Source of the DNA: Phoronis australis | Taxonomy: Eukaryota; Animalia; Phoronida | Assembly (NCBI GenBank): GCA_002633005.1 | Contig: NMRA01000662.1 | Span: 133,375-197,374, forward strand | Length of the DNA stretch: 64,000 bases | Direction of reading: 5' to 3' | Shown: one piece after another, positions 53,124-64,000 of the stretch | Position numbering within the stretch: the stretch's first letter is position 1 | Layout: each line of letters begins with the position of its first letter | Notes under the pieces: generated by a model | Databases searched by the model: none | Told to the model about the DNA's origin: nothing | What the model saw: the letters and a program-made list of their open reading frames with translations, nothing else | Position numbers and translations under genes: made by a program

Positions 53124-53930
53124 TTAAAGTGCTTGAAACATATCTAAGTCGTGATCGTCATCACTCTCTTCACCAGATGATTCCATTTCTCTTGGTAAAG
53201 GAGCACGACCTTTGTCTACATCGCTGACCATACCATCAACTCTCTCGGCATCGCCACCATTGTCATAGTGTCTTTGTTTCGACTTGAACCTCTGGAATGA
53301 GCGCAGAGGACATCTGTTCTCCACTGATGAACCAAATGATGAGAAATTCGCCGCCAACACTGATTTTCTCATCCATTGGTGTGTGTTTTGTCCACGATTT
53401 GGAGATGAGCTCCACCCCACCAAGTAAATGCACTTCTATCCACGTGAAGTTCTAGTTCAGCTTCACACTGTGGAATACTGCTGCCCTCGACGCTTTTAAG
53501 CTTCTCAAATGGGCGCTAAGCGTTGTCTTTCGTTTGTAAGTTTCGTCGACCACATTGAACCGGTGTTTGTTTAGTCCTGCAAGATTTTGATGACTTCTTC
53601 TGTTGGAATATCGCGGCTCAGTGAAGCAAATGCTCTCTAGAACTTATCACTTTTTGCCACAATTGCATATGGTCTGTTCTTTCCTTTCCTTACAAATGCA
53701 CAAGTATAGTCACATCCAGTGAACACGTGTAGGCCTTGGAGTGCAGCACACATAGCTTGGCCTATCGTACTTACCAATCTTGGTTACGTTTAAATAACGC
53801 AGATCGACTTGTTCTCTAGTCCCAGCCTCCATCCACACCATGAATGTAATTTAATTAATGGAAAATTTGTAGGAGCAACACTAAAATGTCGGTTTCAGAA
53901 ACTCTTATCAAAGAGTGTAGAAGTATACTG
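53124..53930 (-). pseudogene. Degenerate XPG/PIN-like nuclease domain of an Academ(X)-type DNA transposon
   Basis: LIRVSETDILVLLL ... VWMEAGT ... LQGLHVFTGCDYTCAFVRKGKNRPY ... SIPQCEAELELHVDRS, with stops and frameshifts; matches the DTDVxVL / HAFTGCDxxSAFxxKGK / LPP...HxxR pattern. Confidence 0.65.
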
Positions 53931-54530
53931 AAGTATATTTCCACACTCCTTGCTCTTATGATGATGTCGCCACGTGTGGACTTGTCCGCCTCAATCATGT
54001 GAATGAAGACACGACACTGGTGTCGGCTTCCATGTGATTACAGCTTAGGGATGGAACTGATTCTGGGCATACTTCTTCATCTTCAACAAGTTCCCTTCCT
54101 ACAACAGGGTCTTTTTGTCCCTCGGGGTCCAAAAACCCCAGTCTTACGCATCTTAAGTTGTGGATACGGTGTCCAAGGTTGCTAAACTATCTTTTGGGAA
54201 AAGAATTTTTGTTGTACTTAAAAGTTTTAAGAGTAACTTTCACACAAATTCCTTATTCTGTGATTGCTTGGTCAAATTAGTAACAAAAACAACATATAGC
54301 GACAAGACGAATATGAAGTAGGTTGAAAATTGTCAAATGTTTTTAAGAATGAGTTTTGTGTCGAAAATGATCCACCGTAAATCACTAACTGTGCCCAGTA
54401 AGTATCATGACGTAGTGTTGGGGTATAACACTGCATGATGGGGCTATATGTGAGCCCCCAAGGTACGTCATTAGAGCAAGAGTCGTTTTCACATCTACGA
54501 GTTGTCAATGAATACTACAAAACTTTGTTT

Positions 54531-54987
54531 AGCATAGATGATGTTCAAATACCATTGTCGTTTAGTTCCTGCTTTACATTAGCATAGATGATGTTCAAAT
54601 ACCACTGTTCTTTAGTTCCTGCTATACATTAGCATAGATAATGTTCAAATACCATTGTCGTTTAGTTCCTGCTTTACATTAGCATAGCTGATGTTCAAAT
54701 ACTATTGTTCTTTAGTTCCTGCTATACATTAGCATAGATGATGTTCAAATACCATTGCCGTTTAGTTTCTACTATACATTAGCATAGATGATGTTCAAAT
54801 ACCATTGCCGTTTAGTTCCTGCTATACATTAGCATAGATGATGTTCAAATACCATTGCCATTTAGTTCCTGCTATACATTAGCATAGATGATGTTCAAAT
54901 ACCATTGTCGTTTAGTTCCTGCTACACATTAGCATAGATAATGTTCAAATACCATTGTCGTTTAGTTCCTGCTATACATTAGCATAG
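54531..54987. repeat. 50-bp minisatellite, 9 copies (agcatagatgatgttcaaataccattgtcgtttagttcctgctatacatt)
   Basis: Exact 50-bp period from 54531 to 54931. Confidence 0.97.
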
Positions 54988-55083
54988 GTAGGAGCAAGCA
55001 AAAAGATGAACTTTTCATGTGGAATTCAATTTAATAATCACTAGTGTCAGTATACAAAATTGAAATTATTTTATACATACATC

Positions 55084-55625
55084 TATGCAGAATTGATTAA
55101 ACACACACGACGCTTTTCGTTGTTGACAGTCTTTATTCCGTTTCGTTCATAGGTTCGGAATAAAACTCTACTATCAACGGAACAGAGATGAAGTAACTGA
55201 CCTAGCGGCATAATTAAAAAGTACACGATATTTCGTAAGTATTAGAGTCCCTTTTGATTGCATTCGAGAAGCCTAGCTGTTTTGAATGAGCAGCAAACAG
55301 GGTCGCGTCGCACGTTACACTTGTTTGCGTGACTTTCCTGTTAACCCCCTTCATTTGTCATTCTTTGCAGTATTTCACACCTGTCGCGTCCCACTGTGTA
55401 TGTCTCCAGCTTATGTTCTGTGGAGGCGTTACTGCGTCATTTTATATCCACTTGAGAATGAAACAAGTATGTTTCGAAATATGGTGTACTTTTTTAATTA
55501 TGTCGCTAGGTCAGTTATTTCATCTATGTTCCGTTGAGAGTAGAGTTTTTTTCGGAACCTATGAACGAAACGGAATAAAGATTGTCAACAACGAAAAGTG
55601 TCGTGTGTTTAATCAATTCTGCATA
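55084..55625. mobile_element. TA-flanked MITE with ~150-bp terminal inverted repeats
   Basis: tatgcagaattgattaaacac...atatttcg (55084-55235) is the reverse complement of cgaaatat...tttaatcaattctgcata (55475-55625). Confidence 0.9.
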
Positions 55626-56381
55626 TTGGAAAACTTGCTCCCGAAGTACAACCACATACATATATGTATATATGTATATGTATATATGTATGTGTATATG
55701 TATATTTATACCACAATATTAGCCTCGAATGGCAGATACAACCGTGTAATAACCCACAAAGTTATCTCACTAGTGAGATAACATTTTGGCGGGAAACCGA
55801 GGCCGGATTCAAACGGGCCTCAAGAGTTTCGAGTAACCACTACACCACTCAGCGGCTGACGTCATCGGACGTGAAAATAGAATACTTAAATGAGCGCGCG
55901 CAACAATCGCATGTTCAGAACAGGACATTGCACCGACATTTATACGCTATGAAAAATAAGACGCATAATTTCCATAAAAAACGATATTATAATTCAGTGA
56001 AATTTTTCTCTCGTGTTCTCTCACTTGTAAATCACCAATCTTCAACTTGAATGCGGGTATCGTGTCGTCGTCGGGACCCTTTGACTTGAGCATTATAGTC
56101 AGTTACTAGTGGTAACCTACTTTAGCAGACGATATTTTCCCGGTCGAAGCTTAGCGTGATAAAATGTGTAGTAAGCTATAATAGTTGCTAAACCTTAATT
56201 TATAGATTCACTTTATTTCTATTTTGTTTAAATTTTCAATTGGTTTTGAGTATAAGTGCTCATTATTTGACAAAAATAGCTCGGCTTTTCTTAAAAGGTC
56301 ACAACCTCCGACCCCGGGCCTCTGACATAGAGAAACTTAGATCGATTCATTGCAATGTTTCTCGTTCAGTATGTGGTATAA

Positions 56382-56536
56382 ATAGATTATTACATGTTCT
56401 GAGTCGTTATCTAAAGCCCTCGTGGATTTTGGAAAATTATCACCCTCGGGGCTAATGCCCCTCGGGCGATAATTCTCCAAAATCCCATCGGGCTCTAGAT
56501 AACGGGGGATAACGACTTCACCATGTAATAATCTAT
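56382..56536. mobile_element. Short palindromic (foldback) non-autonomous element
   Basis: atagattattacatg / catgtaataatctat termini and an internal ~90-nt imperfect hairpin centred on gggg-ctaatg-cccc. Confidence 0.75.
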
Positions 56537-57245
56537 ATGTATGTGTATAAGTATATGTATATACGTTTCATTGAAAAGTAAGCTGTTCTTGGCCTTAGAT
56601 AGTTTGTTCAACAAACTTTCGTATTGTGTACATAAATGTCTTTCTTAGTGGCAGTTGAAATAGTATATCGCCCACTGTAAGTGGCATCACGAACACAAAC
56701 ATAGGAGTATATATAAAATAAAACACTATACAAAACCTTTCATAGTAAAACCGGTGCTGTACTTAGACTAGACTTCAGTCATCCAAGGCAAATAAATTTG
56801 AAATCATAAACACTATCCTATATGTATATGAATTGTGTGTGTATGTATGTATGTATGTATGTATGTATATATGGGTAATTGGTAGTGAGTCATCATGTAG
56901 GCAAATACTAAAAACAATTAAAAATAATGGACTATATTAATATCTGGATTTGGAGTAGTGGTCGTCTGAAGTTGAAAATAAATGAGAGATATTCGTAAGG
57001 AATAGGTTTATGCATACCCATTCTAAAAGAGCTTCATATACCAATTTGGAAAGATGTAGCATGCAATCATCAGGGAACATTTGAAGTCTCAGGTGCTTGA
57101 ACTTTCAATGTAGGTGATATAAACATGTCCTCTGTCAACAAATAAGTTGACTTGATACAGCTGATCAGTTTATGCACTGAACCTCGTGTCAGTCACTAAC
57201 AGCCAGTTCTTTAAAACCCAAGAACTTCTCATCTGTGTTCCAAGT

Positions 57246-57339
57246 TTAGACACCATTCACTCTTGGTAAGACCCAGCTCTGTGGTATTTTACTGCCCCCT
57301 GGTGTTCCTGGTGGAACTAGATACATATCCCATTGCCTC
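57246..57339 (-). CDS. PDCD7: PDCD7 last coding exon (RQWDMYLVPPGTPGGSKIPQSWVLPRVNGV*)
   Basis: (CT)n-ttctgcag|G AGG CAA TGG ... TAA. Confidence 0.92.
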
Positions 57340-60300
57340 CTGCAGAAAGAGAGAGAGAGAGATATACAGAACAGTAACACTTTCATGTGTTCAAGAATAC
57401 AGCACAAGGACAATGGTTGTCTGAAGCCCACATTCAATCACCGGAAGACAGTGTAAATAACAAATTTCATTAAAGAGAAATTTCACCATTATTAAGCTGA
57501 GATTGCTGAATTCTTAACCAAAGCGATTTGGGGTTTGAAAACATTAACCCCTCATCCAATCTGCAAGTGTTTGTGAATAAGCTCCCCCCAAGCACAAACA
57601 ATGCAGACAAGGATCATTTTTGAATCCGCAATGCTAGAGTTGTCAAACCTCAATAAACTGTGAAGCATTTTATTGAGTCACTGATGGTCTCAATACTCTT
57701 GTTGGCAACAAAACTAAAACCCACAGTAAAGAATATGACTGATTTAATGAGAGTAAAAGGCTTAATTGGATTTTAGTTTTTCAACCAGTTAAACAGGGTG
57801 AATTACTGTTATAAGCAATTTGATTGTTTAATCAAAACTGATATCAATGAGTTCAGGAGGTGCAACTACTGCAATGGTGGAGAAATAACGTCCAACACAG
57901 GACTGAAGGAAATAACATTCAACACAGGTCTGAAGAAAATAACGTCAAACACAGGACTGAAGGAAATAACGTCCAACACAAGACTGACGGAAATACGGAA
58001 ATAACGTCCAACACAGGACTGAAAGAAATAACGTCCAACACAGGACTGAAGGAAATAATGTCCAACACAGGACTGAAGGAAATAACGTCCAACACAGGAC
58101 TGAAGGAAATAACGTCGTTGCTTAGTATGCAAAGTATCTCATCATCTTTCTCACCTTATGTTCACTAGAGACCGCAGATCCTGGTTGGCCTGTTTGTAAT
58201 ATTGGTCAAATGGATACATGGGGTCACTAGGCTTGATGTTAACTGTAAAAGCGACAGTAACTAATCAACAACAGCTGTTTCAACCTACACCAATCTTCCA
58301 TTAAACATTTCCACTTTTCACTATCCCAGCTTGAACAGAGAGGTGACAGTAATCTACATGTAAACTCAATATGACCACACCAATACTATCACCTGTTTCT
58401 CAAATCACCACTCACCTCGTGGCCCAAACATTGCCCAGCGTGCCCTTCTCTCCCAATCCTTTAGCTCGGCCTCCTCTCTCTTAGTGGCCCGATAGGTTTC
58501 CTTTCTCTCAGTCTCCTCTAACTCTGTCTCTAACATCACCTTTAATAAAGGTAAGGTCATAACATCACCTTTAATGACGATAAGGTCATTACATCACCTT
58601 TAATGAAGGTAAGGTCATAACATCACCTTTAATGAAGGTACGGTCATAACATCACCTTTAATGAAGGTAGGGTCATAACATCACCTTCAACGAAGGTAAG
58701 GTCATAACATCACCTTCAATGAAGGTAAGGTCATAACATCACCTTCAATGAAGGTAGGGTCATAACATCCCCTTTAATGAAGGTAGGGTCTAACATCACC
58801 CTTAATGAAGGTACGGTCATAACATCACCCTTAATGAAGGTAAGGTCATAACATCACCTTTAATGAAGGTAAGGTCATAACAACATGATGGGCAATACAG
58901 TTTAACAGACACAAAATGCACTTTAGGGATTAAAGTTATAGGCTTTGATCAGAGCTATATGACAATACAATCCGTTGTTTTTGGCGATTTTACTACGAAG
59001 CACCAATTCTAGTCATTCAATGCTAAACATTTGCTGAAAACAAGGCTGGTTACAAACGCTTAAAATAGTTTGCCATTTACCAAGAGGGGTTTAGCTCTGG
59101 CAGAAGGGCTTTAGAATGCGACCGTAGGTTACAAGTTTGAAATGTACATCAAGGATGATCTCAGAATGTTGCCTTCCTTTTAGATATTGTCCCTTTCAAA
59201 GTACAACACAACTTCCTATAACAGTACAACATAACTCCCTTTAACAGTACAACATAACTCCCTTTAACAATACAACATAACTGCATAACCAGATCCATTA
59301 TCATAATTTCTTCCTTAATTGAAATTAGTATCAAACCAGGGTACGCTATAACAACACAATGCACCAAAGAAGAAGAATGACAAATCTTACATAACCCAAG
59401 AAGTTTGTGCTAAAATTCAAATTAAACAATTTTTCCATGTTATGCACCAAAACAAATCAAGATATTCTACATGGGCACCAAAAACTCCCCCAAACTGTGT
59501 TTCCTTGTATTCTCTAACTCTAACTGCGGAAAATTTAATCAAGGTCTCAGAAAAAATTGAAACATAGTCAATCAAATGTCAACGACCTCAACTTGAACTC
59601 TGTCGGGCATATGAGGATAAACTCACACAAAGAATACAAGAGCAATGCAGGGCGTTGAAAAGCACCCACAAATGCTCCGCGAACGGTGTGCTTCTAGGGG
59701 TGTTTTCTTTCTATCATAAAAATGGCCACTACATGGTGCAAAATACGTTGAATCCATCCGAAAATGGGATATGTCATTGCTTCTTTAATAGAAAGCTATT
59801 TATAAAATTTCATGAAAATCCGTCAGTCTGAAAAACAGAGGAAAACGGAAAAAATGAAATTGCCCCCAATGGGCACAGCGTTGGTCGGATCTGTCTGAAA
59901 GTGGTTGTCATCATGCCTTGTCAACTTCATATAAATACACTTGCTAAATTTATCAAAGATCCTGCAGTGGGTTTAGGAGATAAGCTATGGCTGCAAAAAG
60001 AAACGCCAATAAGAGGCATCACAGTAGGCAAAGTCGTCAGAAAAACATCGTCAACCGTCCTCTTCACACAAAATGTGCTGATTTTCACAACATTCTTTGA
60101 GAGGTTTGTTTGGTTGATTGAGAGGTGGACGCCAAAAACAGACTAGAAAACAGTAACTAGAAAACAGTAAAAATGGCCACAATATGGCACAAAATATGTC
60201 AAATCCATCAGAAAGTGGGAAAATGTCATGATTGTTTCGTTAATAGAAAGCTATTTGCCAAATTTCATAAAAATCCATCAAGAAACTACAGAGAAATTGA

Positions 60301-63300
60301 GGAAAACAAAAAAGAAGAAATTGCCACTAGGGGGCAGAAGATTCGTCGAATCCATCTGAAAGTTGTCCTCGTCTGTTGTCAACTTCATATAAATACAACT
60401 GCTAAATTTAACAAAGATCCTGCAGTGGGTTTAGGATATAGAGCTATGGGCGCAAAAAGAACATAACTGCCACTTCTGAGGCGCCACAGTAGTCAAAGTC
60501 TTCGGAAAATCATTGTCAACTGTCCTCTTCACACTAACAACACGTGCCAATTTTCACATACTTAGTAAAAATGGCCACTTATTGGCGCAAAATACCTCAA
60601 ATCCATCTGAAAACGAGAGGTTAGCGTCATCTCACTGATAGAAGCATATAGTCCAAATTTTATAAAAATCTGCTGAGGATCTCCGAAGATACAGAGGTAA
60701 GCGTAAAAAACTAAAATTGCCACTAGGAGGCACATCGGTAGTCGGATAGGTCTGAAATTCGTTGTCATCCGTCGTCAGCTGCGTAGGAGCACATCTGTCA
60801 AATCTCATCAAGATCCTGTGAGGGGTTTAGAAAATAGAGCTGCGGACGCCAGACACTGGACGCCAGACAGAGATGGCGGCAATATGCATCCACTTACAAA
60901 TACGTGTGCACAAAAAATTAGACAATTCCAATGTACTAGTTATACTTTGAGTGTGCATTCTTCATCCTCGTAAACGATACGTTGCTTCTTCATCAATTTC
61001 CCATAAGTCCTCAGTTTGGAGTCAAAGAGTTTGTCACTTTCAACTGGTGGATACAGACCTGCAACATTCCGTACAAGACAAGGACATCATCATTGTACAA
61101 TCTGTCATCACATGGTTTTGTACAAGGAGATAAATATAGAAGAGTTGAAGTCACATGGTTTACGATGAGCAGAGTGGTCCGCCATCGTAATGATGAACCA
61201 GTCAAGCTGCCTGTGTACTGTGTAGTATCAAGGAACTGGGAATCGGGTCCTCAGTAGCTCAGTGATGAGAGCACTAGACCGGCAATCCAGAGACCTGTGG
61301 TTCGATTCCCAGTTGGGGTTCCTGATTTTTCTGTGTTTATTTAATACATTTCACTACTGGCCAACCTCAGCATCTATATATTTACTATATCTAATTAACA
61401 CATACTGGTAAATTGCTGATTGTGTATATAATTGTCTAAATCCTGTGTGAAAAAGGCAAAACGCCGCTCGTGGGATGTATGACTTAACAGTTAGCATGAC
61501 AGACATGTCTGTCTTGCCACTGGATTTATGATTGTATAAACTGACACCTAATCACTTGAAAATTAGTCGGAAATATTGCTTCAAAATTTCTCCAATTTTT
61601 AACAAGAAAAAAATTCAGAAACATATTTTTTTTACTACTGTATACATTTCGTCTCCAGTACCACAATGCTTTGCTTCAGTCTTTGTAGTTACGCAGCATG
61701 GCTGTGTGTAGAATTAGTTTCAATTTCATGCTTACATCTTGAATAATCAGTGAGCATCAAATGTTGTGTATCTCTGTGCCAGCACCCCACTTACAAAGAT
61801 GAATCCTTGCCTATCACACTATGCATCTCCCTTTCTCCTGAGTGCCACCCTAGCATACTACGTGACTTTCCCCACAGCGTCTCTCCACCATTCCACGCCA
61901 TCATACTAGACAATCCCACAATGCTTTGCACCACCTAGCACTATCTGCATCCTTCCCAGCATGCAGTGCAGCACACTTACTGTGCTGTGCAGCCCTGTCC
62001 TTGCGTAGCCGCCTCAATTTCCTCAAACTGTCCAACAACTCTTCTACTCTGTCCACATCAGCCATCTTCTTCCTGACTTGACTAAGAATTCTGTCCGCTT
62101 CGTCTTTAATGTCTTTTGCCTGGAAGGGAGACTTAACATCGTAAGAAGACAAGTTGTTGGTTGTGCAACCCCAGCTCATGCGTAGACAATGAAATAGGCT
62201 ACATTCTAGCATGTCTTATCAACTCATTCATTCACTTCAACGTTAAACAAACCTTCATTTTTTCCAACTCGCAAGCATACTGCACAATCAGGTGTACGAG
62301 CCATGAATTGTTTGCACGAACCACTAAATCATCCACAAAATTCTTACACATCATACAAAACTCGCCTGCACAAACCACTGAATCGTCCATACAATTCATA
62401 CACATCATACAAAACTTGTCTGCATAAACCACTAGTCACTTACATACAATTTCTGTAATTCTTAATTACAATCACATTGAGAACCAAGTGACATCTCAGT
62501 AAAAACAGAAAATCGTATCAGGCCCTTTATGTGAGATGGCGGTGGGATAAGTGTCTGTTTCTTTTATTCCAGGTTGTAGGTTTGAGTCCCACTGGGGCAC
62601 ACTGCTAGACCCTTGAGTCAGGTCTCTAGCTCCTCAGCTCGGTTTTATGTACATATTAATAAAGCATAAAACTGGTTACAGGTGATTATTGCAGAGGGTC
62701 CACATGTGCAGCCTTCACACGTCTGGTACAATGTGTACCAGAAAACCTGCAATAATTTTTTTCTCTTATAATAAAATCAATTTTGTAACGTGTCTCACAG
62801 TGACAGGATTCTAGTTCTGTTACAAACTTAAGCAACAGGCAACACGAACGTACGCCATTTTCAAATTTGTAATTTTCGGGTTGGCCGACCCAATAAACTT
62901 TGAAGTTTTCTTGAGTGACTGATAGTTTCAATGTTGTTTTTGGCAACAGAAATGGAATGTGACAGTGGTAAGGAATACGATAAGGTTGATTTGTGAAATA
63001 AAAGGCCTTATGTTTTTAGAAACAGGACCAAATGCAACTTTCATTACCACAACCCAAAATACCGCAGCACCACCTATGGTTCTGTGGTATTCACCCACCC
63101 GAATGACACTTAGCCTACTAGTTGGATAGCAAAATTATATTGAATTTCAACATAGTGAAGTTTTACTGTTACACAGCAGGCTGAAATGCTGAAAACAAAA
63201 ATTGATGGGTGGGAAACCATATATCTTCTTTTTCGTCGATTTTGTACACACAGGTCAAAATGCATATCACATTGTCTAGTGTAAGTATAAATGAAAATAA

Positions 63301-63826
63301 CACATTGAAACTAGCATGCTCCACTCATACTGTAAGAAAACAAAAGATTGCTGAATCAAACAGGGTGGCCATCTATTAAGAAACCCTGTCAACTAGTATT
63401 TCTCGTGAATTTTTCAGTTATAATGTAAGTATTTGAATGATTCGCTTGCTTAATTCAAAACATGGCTGCACGCACTACATGATGTATCTCTTTCTTGTTT
63501 ATCTCCACTGAAAATGTTTAGAAGCCAAACTTTTAGAAAGCTGCATTGGCTAATCATGCAGTGAGGCTTTCTCCCTCTGCGATGGAGCAGAGTTGAGTTG
63601 GGGATGAGATTATCATCAGAACATATTAAGTAATGTTCATATGAACTTAGACGTGTAACGTGTATCAAGCCACGAGACATGACCATAGACTCACATGTTT
63701 TATTTCTATGTCACGCTTTATCACATTCTGTCGATTCTCATCAATTTGTTGGTGTTTCTCTTCTCGATGCTCAGCCTTTTCCATGGCATCTTGGTAACGT
63801 TCTTTGCGCTGACGCTTTCGTCTTTC
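57246..63826 (-). CDS. PDCD7: PDCD7 (U11/U12 snRNP 59-kDa protein), 3' six exons: complement(63695-63826,61981-62119,60946-61058,58416-58539,58155-58242,57246-57339); 5' part lies beyond the window
   Basis: Spliced product ...EADRILSQVRKKMAD...LRKLRRLRK...LYPP...YEDEECTLKVMLETE...MFG...PFDQYYKQA...LVNIRRQWDMYLVP...IPQSWVLP aligns by eye with human ADGVLSEVRKKQAD...LEKLRKLRK...YEAEERALRVMLEGE...PFRQYYLQA...LIQIRHDWDQYLVP...VPQGWVLP; all GT-AG, phases consistent. Confidence 0.92.
57880..58116. repeat. 27-bp intronic minisatellite (ggaaataacgtccaacacaggactgaa), ~8 copies
   Basis: Directly visible. Confidence 0.95.
58155..58242 (-). CDS. PDCD7: PDCD7 internal exon (VNIKPSDPMYPFDQYYKQANQDLRSLVNIR)
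   Basis: cttttacag|TT AAC ... ATA AG|gtgaga. Confidence 0.9.
58416..58539 (-). CDS. PDCD7: PDCD7 internal exon (VMLETELEE...AMFGPR)
   Basis: tttattaaag|GTG ATG TTA GAG ... CGA G|gtgagt. Confidence 0.87.
58531..58877. repeat. 29-bp minisatellite, 12 copies, spanning a PDCD7 intron-exon junction
   Basis: Unit taacatcacctttaatgaaggtaaggtca; the first unit overlaps exon bases 58531-58539. Confidence 0.97.
59636..60917 (-). mobile_element. Second Helentron/HINE-like element, within a PDCD7 intron
   Basis: ACAAGAGCAATGCAGGGCGTTG end, same gccactagg array, then gacgccagaca short repeats and ATACGTGTGCACA-AAAAA (inverted match to TGCGCACACGAAT of copy 1). Confidence 0.65.
60946..61058 (-). CDS. 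PDCD7: PDCD7 internal exon (SLYPPVESD...YEDEECTLK)
   Basis: gttgcag|GT CTG TAT ... CTC AAA|gtataa (weak donor). Confidence 0.85.
61245..61330 (+). mobile_element. tRNA-like Pol III unit (SINE head or tRNA pseudogene)
   Basis: GTAGCTCAGTGATGAGAGC A-box/D-arm, GGTTCGATTCCC B-box/T-arm, followed by TTTTT; anticodon arm imperfect. Confidence 0.6.
61981..62119 (-). CDS. PDCD7: PDCD7 internal exon (AKDIKDEADRILSQVRKK...AAQH)
   Basis: cttccag|GCA ... CAC A|gtaagt. Confidence 0.92.
62535..62635 (+). mobile_element. Degenerate tRNA-derived SINE
   Basis: GATGGCGGTGGGATAAG ... GGTTTGAGTCCC ... CCCTTGAGTCAGG. Confidence 0.4.
63695..63826 (-). CDS. PDCD7: PDCD7 internal exon (ERRKRQRKER...IEIKH)
   Basis: ggtctag|GAA AGA ... 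AAA CAT|gtgagt; 132 nt, phase 0/0. Confidence 0.8.
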
Positions 63827-64000
63827 CTAGACCAACAGAAATAAAAGTATAAAATAATTCAACTTTCAAATTGAAATATAAAGTTAAAGTGAACAGGAGA
63901 CTTGACCATCCGTGAAGGGTATGTGACATAGCTTTGCCTGAATACAGGCGTCAGAGAACCTCCTGGTTGCCACCAATTCCAACACTGCCCACCCTAGTCA

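Noticed and set aside
54531-54987. Regular 50-bp array resembling a CRISPR
   Set aside because: No unique spacers, whole unit repeats, no cas genes, eukaryotic context
57798-58168. KEITSNTGL-repeat ORFs
   Set aside because: 27-bp intronic minisatellite inside PDCD7
58540-60945. U12-type intron in PDCD7 (CCTTAC in the repeat resembles the U12 branch site)
   Set aside because: Donor is GTATAA, not RTATCCTT, and the branch-site match is partial

Overview
Animal (most likely marine invertebrate) genomic scaffold, AT-rich, with assembly gaps; not prokaryotic, and almost all ORFs in the supplied track are spurious. Three spliced genes can be read: (1) the last, Pro-rich coding exon and 3' UTR of an unidentified gene (+, 635-906); (2) a complete 4-exon CYP7-clan cytochrome P450 (+, 26011-29894, 490 aa) with a CRE-TATA-Inr promoter, a uORF, a shortened heme loop (FGALCPG) and an atypical I-helix; (3) the 3' six exons of PDCD7/U11-59K (-, 63826-57246). 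One PDCD7 3' splice site has been amplified into a 12-copy tandem array of potential stop-containing decoy acceptors. The remainder is ~23 kb of non-coding DNA upstream of the CYP, plus repeats: a Gypsy 3' end with AG...CT LTR inside a minisatellite, hAT and Academ-like transposase relics, two Helentron/HINE-like satellite carriers, MITEs, tRNA-derived SINEs, minisatellites, and a 1.47-kb duplication that is probably a haplotype assembly artefact. Family assignments are from remembered motifs, not from searches.
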